Positions 41,273 to 50,931 of a DNA stretch of 64,000 nt are shown here, piece by piece. The notes under the pieces are model-generated. The model did no database searches. It had not been told where the DNA came from and saw only the letters and a list, made by a program, of their open reading frames with translations. The position numbers were made by a program, and so were the translations under genes. Location: positions 30,382,001 to 30,446,000 of the forward strand of contig NC_086108.1 of NCBI RefSeq assembly GCF_963921235.1, in the 5' to 3' direction. Positions within the stretch are counted from its first letter, which is position 1. Each line of letters opens with the position of its first letter. Source of the stretch: Mobula hypostoma (taxonomy: Eukaryota).

Positions 41273-41326
41273 CTGCGCAGACCCCACCCGTTTACCTCTC
41301 AGCAGTTTCACGCCCTCTTGAACTCT
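41273..41326 (-). pseudogene. Second 28S rRNA fragment from further downstream (D1/D2 boundary core)
   Basis: Minus strand reads AGAGTTCAAGAGGGCGTGAAACTGCTGAGAGGTAAACGGGTGGGGTCTGCGCAG, versus the recalled vertebrate AGAGTTCAAGAGGGCGTGAAACCGTTAAGAGGTAAACGGGTGGGGTCCGCGCAG. Confidence 0.9.
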
Positions 41327-41350
41327 AATGTTCAAGAGTTATACAGTAAT

Positions 41351-42145
41351 CTTCACAGTAGACTACTGTGAAGATTAGAGATGCCTGGAGAGAGGAGTTG
41401 GGTATTGAATTATCTGAAGCTGCCTGGGTTAAGTGTTTGTCTATGATACAGGCTTGCTCTGTTAACAGCAGGCACCAACTGATCCAGTTTAAAGTTGTCC
41501 ACCGTCTCCATTACTCTAAACTTAGATTGCACAGGATTTACCCTTCTGTCTCGCCAATGAGTGAGGGATGGAAGCCACGTGGTCGCACATCTTTTGGTTT
41601 TGCCCATTACTGACTGGATTTTGGTCCAAAATGTTCGACTGGTACTCAAAGGCCTATAAAAGATCCTTCCCCTTGGAAGCTGGTCTCACTATATTTGGCT
41701 GCTCGCAATCTACTATTTGTTTCCCTGAAGCCGTACAACAGTCTCTTATGCTGGGGATGATTGTTGCCAAAAGACTTATTTTGAGGGAATGGAAATCACC
41801 CTCTCCCCCTTCCTTTCGGAGATGGATGACTGATATGATCTCAGTCATGCAGATGGAGAAACTTAGGTTCTTGAGAACCAATTCAATTAAAAAATTTTCA
41901 GCTACCTGGGATCCACTTCTTGCCTACCTGGATGAGGCCGGGGGCGGATGAGCAATTTCCCCCCAGCTGATTTCTCATGGCCCTCATTTGAGATTTAATG
42001 CTTAGTATTTTTGAGCACTTTGTACAATAGGCATCCCTCGAATGTTATGTTTTTTTTTGTTTATTTCTTTTTTATACATGTCTGAGCTGGTATGTTTTTG
42101 TTGATTTTATTTTTTTTGAAAATTTTGAAAATAAAGTATTAAAAA
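41351..42145 (+). mobile_element. 5'-truncated L1-clade LINE (ORF2 C-terminus, 3' UTR, poly-A) with 17-bp TSD
   Basis: Motifs LIQFKVVHRLHY, HIFWFCP..FW, AKRLILREWK..PP. AATAAA at 42130-42135 and an A-tail. TSD AAGAGTTATACAGTAAT at 41334-41350 and 42146-42162. Confidence 0.9.
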
Positions 42146-45100
42146 AAGAGTTATACAGTAATATTGCAGCTCAGTAAAACTCTGTAACACTTGGAGTATT
42201 GTGTTCCATTCTGGTTGGCTGTTTATAGGAAGGATGTGGAAACTTTAGAGAGGATGCAGGGATTTACCAGGATGTTGTCTGGACTAGAGTGTATGTCTTA
42301 TGAGAATAGGTTGAGTAAACTAAGGTTCTTTTCTTTGGAGGACGGAGGATAAGAGGTGACTTGATAGAGGTGTGTAAGATGATAAGGGGAATAGACAGAA
42401 TGGATAGCCAGCATCTGTTTCCCAGGGTGAACATGGCAAATATGAGAGGACATAATTTTAAGGTAATTGGGAGAAATTTTAGGGGCATGTCAGAGGTAGG
42501 TTGTTACACAGAGAGTGGTAAGTGTGTGGAAGGCACCACTGGGGTGGTGGTTGAGGGTAATGCATTAGGGAGATTTGGGAAACTGCTAGTTAGCTACATG
42601 GGGGAAGAAAAAATGGAGCGCTATGTGAGAGAGAAAGGTTACGTTGATCCCGGAGTAGATTAAAAGTTCAGCACAGCATTCAGTGTCAAAGGGCTTGTAT
42701 TGTGCTGTACTGTTCTATATTCTAAGTTTTTACCCAAGAAGCCATCTTAAATATTACTCCAGGAAGATCAAGGGATGGAGAGTTTCAGAAATGGAATCAA
42801 GTCATCCAGAAGCCTGAAGGCACAGCTGGTAATGTCAAGCAATGGACATGTTGTGAACCATAAACTATGGAATAACACACAAACAGACAGGAAATTCCTT
42901 TCTCCTCCCCCCAAAGAAGCTTAAATGCTCAGGCATTAGCATCATTTGTGAAGAGTGAACAGACATCAGAAGTCGCCTGTGAACAATCTAATTGAAGCTA
43001 CAGATGAGTTGCTGGGAAGCTGTGAAGAGCCAGGCAGCATAGGTGTTATTTTATTTTCCATCAATAGAGGGCGCCAATAGACTATATTTATGAAATCTTT
43101 CCATTTCATTTTTCTAATTCAGGCACTTATAGTTGATTATCCAACAATTCACTGTTCTTCCCTGTATCTGGAGTTATGACCACTAACCTTTGATTGATAT
43201 TTGATATCATTCACTCCCCATGTGAACCACAATGTAGACCAAAAACACACATCAAATAGTCAGCAGCTCCATTGCAAAACAATCCCAAATAATTTTAAAA
43301 TCTGTATAAATTATTTTTTATCAATTAAAGGAATCAATTTTCTCAATGCTCGCATTGCTAGGGTGGACTCAGAGAGCTAAGTAGCTCCTTCTGTACCCTA
43401 ACCATTTTATGATTCTATGTTATGTGACTTTATTCACTTTAAGAACATTCCTTTATTGAAATACCTGGAGAGTTTCCCTTTAGAGAACACTATGTATAGT
43501 TATAAGCAAATTCAGTATATCATAAGGCAATGTGGATATTCAGTCATTGATAAAATCCCACAATGTATGGGTTGAATTATCCAAGATGTATCCTCAACAC
43601 TCATGAAATCACTTTTCTCCCCATCTCAGTTGCTAAATGGTTTGATTCAATAGTTCCATCCAGAAAATGTATATACTATACAACCTGAAATTCTTACTCT
43701 CCACAGACATCCATGAAACAGAAGAAAAACCACAAAGAATGAATGATAGAAAAATATTAGAACACCAAGGCATCTTCCCCCACCCCCGCCAACCATGCAG
43801 AAGCAACAGCAAAGCATCAACCCTCCTTCTCTCCTTTTCTCCTTCTCCTCACTTGTTCCAGCAGGAAGCATCAGCACCTACCACACACCAAGCAAGCAGT
43901 AACAAAGCCTCCAAAGAAAGACCGTGGTCTGCAGTCCAACAAAAACCAATGTACCCAACTGTTTGACATGCCACTCTCTCACTAACAACTTAGATCTAGT
44001 TTCTAATTGTTCTCAGCTTAGTGATAATGCTTTCTACACTGTTTTTGTCATTAATATTTGTTAACCTTGAAGTGTATTTAAAGATTCCTTAAATGTACAA
44101 AAAATGTGAATACGTTGATGCAAATATTCCATTCAAGGGAAGATATCTTGATTCCAGCGAAGCTTTTGTCAAAATTAATGACTAATAGGATATTAGATAA
44201 CTGAGAAATAGATGAAACTAATATATACTGTTGATATTCATTTATATTTAAAGGGTTAGCCAATGTTGCATTAATCTTTTAATGTAAGCTTGAAAACAAG
44301 CAGCTAATGCACAATATTTATGACTCAAGTAGAATGTGCTTCCATTTGCGAGTGAGATAAATTCGGTCCTTGACTTACCCCACCTCTCCCCTTTTGAGGA
44401 AAATATATCACTAACATAGGAAATATACAACTTTGCTGCTATGTATTATGAAAATTGATGTTTGAAAGTCTGAAAATTATCCAAAAGTTTTCTACATTTG
44501 TAATTAAAAATTCAGGCTTCTGTTATTCTTTAGGTTAAGTAACAGAAATCTCTTCAGTGAAAATAACATCATGATAGCACAGACATGAGAGGTTAAAAAC
44601 TTCAATACACATTGCAGTGCAAGAAAATGGTTATCAAGACAGAGCTGTCTTAATTCCAATCTTTATGGTCACTATTAATTTCCCATTGAATTTTTAAAGC
44701 AAAAGATTGTCCACAAGATCCAAATTGTTTTATTTCCATCTATTGGTTGTAGTATATTAAAACCTGGTGACTTGGCTATGTCCTGCACCTAGAAGGTGCA
44801 GAAGGAACTTAATACCTATTGCACACTCTGTGAAGTGGAAGTGATCATGCTTGAATATACTGCATATAATCTGTTAAATACTGTGACCTGTGACCAAATA
44901 ATCTGATTGTTTGAATTGCCTAAAACATACAATTTGCTATTTCATCTTCAAGTGCTTAGTTGAACAATGGATTAAATGCTTAAAAAGCGGTCATATAGGC
45001 CAAATGGAACTTTGCCCGTACATGGCATTAGGCCAGTGAACCAGAGGTTTCAACAGGTAAATCTCAGCCACACACAAAGGATATGGAGGAACTCAACAGG

Positions 45101-45779
45101 TCAGGCAGCATCTATGGAGGGAAACAGGCAATTAATGCTTCAAGTTGAGACCTTTCATCAGAACTATGAAGAAAGAGATGGACTCACATGTGAAGAACTG
45201 CTGCACCTGTAAGCACTGCTTAGTACCCTGAGTAGTGGTGAGGAAAGGGGTGAAGGGCCAAGTATTACACTTATTGTTGTTGCAGGAATATGTGCCTGGT
45301 CAGGGATTGGTAGGGAAGAGGGAGCAACAGGTTTACTAACTGAAGGTCTCATCAGTATTGCAGTCTTGCCTTACTCAGCTATAGAGTATTGGATTCCTAT
45401 CTGTTTAAGTGCTTTGTTTTGCGTTGTAGCCCTGATTGGGACAATTAGACTGGGTTATTTCTAGTTTTAAGTAAAACCTATCCAGTCTCTACCAGGAGAC
45501 ATATCAGAATACCCTGTAACATAAAAAAAAAATGATGTTTATAGCAGGCTGGAGTTAAAACGTGCCATGACTAGGGATGACAGCGGTCTTGTTAAGATAG
45601 GTAGGAACCTCAGACAGAAACACGAAAAAGTTAAAAATATCTGCCAATACCCGTGTCAGTTGTTGCAATGGCCCGCGAATCACCATAGTTGGCATTGTGT
45701 TTTCAGGTTCAATGATAATACAGATTAGACTCAGCGATTAAAAATAGAAACTCATTTTTGTCACTTTTTTAAAATAATG

Positions 45780-46165
45780 GATCTAAAGGATCCTACTTAG
45801 TCACTTCCTTATATCCACACTTTGGTGGAGGATTTGGTTTTAATTACATCGCTCAATTTGTCACGCGGTTTTGCAACACACACACACACACATAAAACCT
45901 CATCAGCGTCTCAGACTGACTCACTGACCTACACCTTGCTTAGAATGAAAGTTTGGTGCAAGAAAATATAATGTAAGATAACATGTGGGGGGAAAAACTT
46001 TTTTCTGCCTCCTCACTACATACACTGGCACTAGGGAATTTTATCATCGTCACTGAACTTCCCCTCAACGGCCAATAAAACTGAGTGGCGTTTCCAACAC
46101 AAATTATTTTGCTGTCTGCTCAGTCCTTTCTTCTCCCCTCCCCCTCCTTGGTCACTAAAGCACAA
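45780..46165 (+). promoter_or_regulatory. Putative promoter/5' UTR of the TNFSF gene
   Basis: Start of a CpG-rich zone. ETS-like CACTTCCT (45802), exact AP-1 site TGACTCA (45917-45923), kB-like GGGAATTTT (46034) and GAACTTCCCC (46055), CCAAT (46072). The TSS cannot be determined from sequence. Confidence 0.5.
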
Positions 46166-46339
46166 ATGGACGAGGTGATAGATGTGAATGATCAGGAAAC
46201 CCAAGGGGTCGCGATCATACGCCAGAGAAGGAGAGTACCCTTTGAGATCATTAATTCTTTTCTCACCGTTATCTGTCTGGCCAGTACGGGTCTTGTGGTG
46301 TTTAGGTTGCTTCAGAACCAAAGCCCCGTCGAAGTCAAG
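46166..46339 (+). CDS. TNF-superfamily ligand (OX40L/TNFSF4-like) exon 1: cytoplasmic tail, TM helix, short stalk
   Basis: AAATGG Kozak context. MDEVIDVNDQETQGVAIIRQRRR is followed by the hydrophobic VPFEIINSFLTVICLASTGLVVFRLL. Donor AAG|GTAAGT, phase 0. Confidence 0.85.
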
Positions 46340-49300
46340 GTAAGTTCCTTCTTCACCTTCGCTTCAAAAAGAACAATCATTTACCGTTAACCATTTTTTG
46401 CGTCTTTATATCTTTTAAAGGACGCGTTTCTAAGCGTGTCCTTGTCTTTTAAATTAAGCTATTTTAAAATTGAAACAGTGAGATGGTGCAGCCCAAAATT
46501 TGCAGGTTCATACAAGGTTGTCGCAGCGCTTCTCAGCGAGTTTATTAGGGGGTTAAATTGGCGGGCGATCTCGCTGTTGTTAAGCAGACTAGTCGGGCTG
46601 AGGGAGTGTTACCACCACTGTGCCTGCAGAACAGGTTTATTTATTTTAAAAGAAATGTCAGTGTAGTGCCCCCTCAGGAGGGCGAATGTAGAGAGGCTCC
46701 TAGTGTTAACACAGAAACGCATGTCAAGGCTGAGCCGTTGATACGTGCGGTTCCCAGCTCTTCTGGCTTCTCATACTTGCGTAAACCACTGGAGCGGGGG
46801 TTAATCTTGCCCCAGAGCCGATGGCGGAGAGAAACCGAGAGAGTAAAATGAGGAGACGTGTCTTCCCCCAACATCTGGAACTGAAACAATCTTTTTTAGT
46901 TCCTGATCATTTGCATCTGCCGAGTAGACCGGCTGATGATGAAATGCAGACTGAGAAAGGGTTGATTTGTTGCTCTCCGCTGAGTTAGCTGTGAGGTGGG
47001 ACTACTGGAAAACATAACGCGCGCACGCTCGTCTCGGATTTTCACAGCCAAGCTTCTGTTGAACAGCGATGTTAACCTTGTTGGTTCTTGGCTCCCTGCA
47101 CGCTGTTTCTCAGTCCTATTTCTCCCACTCATTTCTATGTAGCTACCTTTTCTTATATTCTCCTACAAGCTCATCTTGACCTCTTTCTATTTTCTGTTGA
47201 AATCCGGGATGCTAATTTCTCATCACCCGCGGTTTCCAGACAGGAATCTCCTATCCAGTCTACAGCGCTGAATATTTCCAGATAGATTCTTTGCGTTCAG
47301 AACGCAAACCACCATAGTTTGTTCTGATTGATAGTGGCGAACAAGTTCTCATTTGAAGACACGCCTTTCACCGCCGCAAAACGTCCTAAATGGAGCGTCA
47401 ATAAAGTGCGGTGAATCGTTACTTATTTATAGTTCAAGGCTTTCACTCACCTTAGAGGAAAAGCAGATGCTTCATTACTGGAAGCGCTGAATGATTTAAA
47501 TACATGGTTCTGGGAGCGCAGCTGTGTTTATGTTTGAACGCGTCTCACAAATAACAGATCACCTGCCTGTCTCTAATTCTAAAGCAGCTGATTTACAGTT
47601 TATAGTCAGACTGGAGCCTGGGTAAAACTTTAAAAAAGGATAACATATTAATGGTCGCTACTCAAATGGGCGCTAATGGGACCGACCCTTTAGACATTGA
47701 AAATATATATATGAGGTCAGCTTTGAGTGGAAATGCCGAAAGAGCTGGACGAGTCGGAAAGAATTCTCTTGCTGTCGTGTGGGACTTCATCAAGGACTTA
47801 GGTCTTAAGTTAACTCATTACGTATGTCCTCAGTTTTAATTTGAAATAAATGTTGGAACCGATTAGCATATCTTATTTATAGTTTAAGAGTTTCACCTAC
47901 GAGTTGAAGAAAAACAGGTGCTTTATTATTGGAAAGGATGAATAATTTAGAAATGAGTTCTTGGATAGACCTAAGGCAGCGGCGTCTGTAAAGCGGCGTG
48001 TGTAAGGCAGCGTTTCGCCGGTGATCGATCCACTTTCACTTGATATGTTAATAGAGCCGGGTACCAAACCACCATAATCATACAATTAACGTTTTATTTT
48101 AAATAAAAGACTTGCATTTAAGCAACATATTTGCAATTCCCGAGCATTCCCAAATCACTTAATCCAATAAAAATATAGTTGATTCGTTGGCAACTGCTGT
48201 CATTGCAAGAAACGCGGTCAACCTGTGATAGCGAAGTCCAGAAGAGCGAGGATAGTTAGTTTACTTTCATGTGATGCTAGGTAAGCATTAAATAATAACA
48301 AGTCATCGAGGAGCTTTGTGCCATTTTCTGAGAATAGTTTCATGGGATCTTTGTCTTGCGAGAAGACAAGTATCTCCTCTTGCAATAGATCACGGCGGTT
48401 GTTCCTGCAGTGATCCCGTTGGTATACTGTACCAGGATGCCGGCCAAGGTTCTGCGGTTAAATTGCAAGAACTGAGTATGAAATCATACGGTCAGATTAC
48501 CAAGATTAGCTCAGTGAGCAATGATGTTTCACATGGTGGGGCAGTATATTGAGAGAAAAGTAGATTCATTCTGGGCCAGAGATGATTGTTCAAATGTTTC
48601 TTCTTGCTTTTTTTCATTCTTCTCAATCCCATCGTCTCGCATAGTGCTGGTCTCTCCCGAATTCAGTTGGCAGCGTGTTTTCAGCGGTCATGAGTGGAAG
48701 CTACCACTTAATCTCTTACTTAAAATGTTGTTAAAAAACCAATTCAGCTCGTTAACCAATTTTCTTATTACCTTTCCCATTTTCTCCACCTATTGATCTG
48801 GTCTTTCTTTTTGTTTTCCTAACGAAAGGCCTTCCTAATGATTCACCGGATTAAATTTATACTATAAATGCAAATTGTTGTGTCATCCCCAGTCAGGGCA
48901 ACATTAGCTAATCTTAAACGGGGGTCAAGATTGGACTCCCTGTCTGCAGTGAGTTAGGTGATCTCAGGTGGGGCAACAGTTTAATGCTAAGATTGGCTTT
49001 GAAACCTAAAACTAGGTGTGATGGCAGGCTTGAGGCCAGATGAGGCTCTTGAAGCTCAAGGAGTAATTTCCGGATGCTCCCTATCTTGAAATCAACAGAG
49101 TAAAATCTTTAGAGAGAACTAAGACATAATAATGAAAAACAAAATCTAGAAAGTTTGTCTCTGATTTGTCCAGGCAGCTAGACTTAGCTCTGGAGATAAC
49201 AAAAAAAATCATTAACCCTTTGTATACCTAACTTTCTAGAGTATTTTGCAAATATTAGTCTTTTATGTATAATCTTTTTTCAATATTGCTAAATGAATTG

Positions 49301-49394
49301 ATATGAGATGCAAAGTAGGCACTGCAAAACATTAGAACAAAATGTCTTTGAAAATAAGCTAAGTGTTAACGCTTACTTTTATTTGTTTCTTTAG

Positions 49395-49428
49395 GAACCT
49401 ATTGCTATCCACGCTAAAGGAAAAATCA
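49395..49428 (+). CDS. TNFSF ligand exon 2 (34-nt micro-exon, EPIAIHAKGKI; THD strand A)
   Basis: Acceptor TTTGTTTCTTTAG and donor CA|GTAAGT. Phase 0 to 1 exactly bridges exons 1 and 3. PIAIH resembles the TNF strand-A motif P.AH. Confidence 0.82.
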
Positions 49429-49469
49429 GTAAGTATTGGCAAATACTCAGTTTAAACACTTTCACAAGT

Positions 49470-49536
49470 CAGGTAGCATCTGTGTCAAGTGAAACAGAAT
49501 TAATGTTTCAGGTCTGAGACCCTTCATCAGAACTCA
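49470..49536 (-). ncRNA. Penelope-type minimal hammerhead ribozyme relic in intron 2 (antisense to the gene)
   Basis: Minus strand reads GAGTT-CTGATGA-AGGGTCTCAGACCT-GAAACATT-AATTC. The core boxes and stems I/II are present, but stem III reads ACAT instead of ACGT. Confidence 0.55.
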
Positions 49537-50569
49537 GTAGTTCACAGTGCTGTATTTGTCAATGTGGAGTGGAGAGTGAGTTTGTAAATCTGACAAGAGC
49601 AAAGGATGTTGGAAATGACCCCCTCCCCTTTCCCCAACAATGATTGCTCTTTCTTTGACCCCTTCCCACTGTAAGTCTACAATAGAGATACACATCAGAA
49701 TCAGGTTTATCATCATTCACATCTGTCATGAAATTTGTTTGGATTGAGATAACTATCTTGTTCCTTGTTGACAATTTCAATAATTTGAACATGTTTGCAG
49801 GTGCTAAATGAGACACAAGACACTTGTGCTAATTCGACCAAATTTTTTATGTCTTGATGTAGGGGCTCTTTGAATCAATTTATTTTAAACTTGTTAAGTG
49901 GACTGTCTGACTCACAGATACACCTCGTGGGATGTCTCAGCCACTGAGCGAAGTGCTATCCAGTTTCCTGGGCACAGCTCTGGAAATGTTAGGGAATTTG
50001 CAGAACTATCAGAGATAGAGAGATGACAGTGTCCCAGAAAGTCTTCCACTTTGTATCAAGAATCCTTTTTACAAGTTCAGTAGCAATGGACAGCTGACGA
50101 TGATAAAACAAATTGTGCATCTATCAATTTTCTGAATAAAACATCTGGGAAAAAATAACCCATGGTGAAATACTGTGGTACCCTCTGTAGCATTTGGTTG
50201 AATGAGCTTTTCTTGTGAAATATAAGTCTGGTGTGCAGTAAGAAACATCTTTGGAGAGGAGTTAATAGGACACATTTTGTTTAACATACTAACAATGAAT
50301 GGAGTTTATTTTATCTGTCATTGTATATGTCTTCAGAATATCTGTCAGCATTTGCAAAATCACAGCAAATGCAGTAATGCCGAGTGACTTTAGTCCAGGG
50401 ATTGTAAAAAATGCGTAATAGGGGATTTTGAAAGGAGTTCATTTAACTTTTCAGTTGAGCTAATTTCACCTCTGATATGTTTATGATAAGCTCAGGCCAT
50501 CCCTTCCCTCCGTTTTCTCCTTGTGGGTGTTCACTGACTTATCTATCCTTTTATTCTCTTTCTTCACAG

Positions 50570-50931
50570 ATTCAAAAAATATAGTTCACATGGAGAGCAA
50601 GAATAGCTTCTGGGTGCGTAATGGAAGCATCAGTGTCCCCTGTGATGGGCTGTACTTGGTTTCTGCACAGGTAACAGCGGAGCAGAATTCTGCAATAACT
50701 ATTACGTGCAGAGGAGCAGATTCGTCAGAGTATGGATGGCCCATTGGAAATGTTATCATAAATCAGACCTTGGTGACAACAGCCGATCTACGCAGAGGTG
50801 ATATCATCCGCATGGAGATCAAAGATGCTACTTCAAAAAAACTTAACGGAGAAGCCCTTTTGGGAATTGTTTTATTGGAAGCTGAACCAAACATGAAATC
50901 TTGTCGGGAGAATATGCAAACTAATCCTTGA
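50570..50931 (+). CDS. TNFSF ligand exon 3 (TNF homology domain) with stop codon
   Basis: Polypyrimidine acceptor ending CACAG. Encodes NGSISVPCDGLYLVSAQV, L..GD.I and LLGIVLL, the THD B/C, G and H strand signatures. The spliced CDS is 570 nt, giving 189 aa. Confidence 0.88.

Larger units (their letters stand above)
39470..42725 (+). mobile_element. Decayed CR1 LINE hosting several nested insertions
   Basis: RT motifs CLSSLTEF and VYVDFSRAFDKVPH (39835-40110). The C-terminal region resumes after 42162 (HLEYCVPFW, GDLIEVCKMIRG). Confidence 0.85.

Noticed and set aside
41050..41326. Functional rDNA locus or an R2-type insertion in 28S
   Set aside because: Only ~275 nt of rearranged, mutated 28S is present, with no ITS2, 5.8S or 18S. 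The RLE element is 15 kb away and is not flanked by rDNA.
46085..46165. N-terminal extension of exon 1 from the ORF track start
   Set aside because: It begins at GTG. The first ATG (46166) has good Kozak context and gives a normal type II cytoplasmic tail.
46436..48796. Short ORFs in intron 1 of the TNFSF gene
   Set aside because: They have no domain signatures or convincing splice context, and exons 1-2-3 already join in frame.
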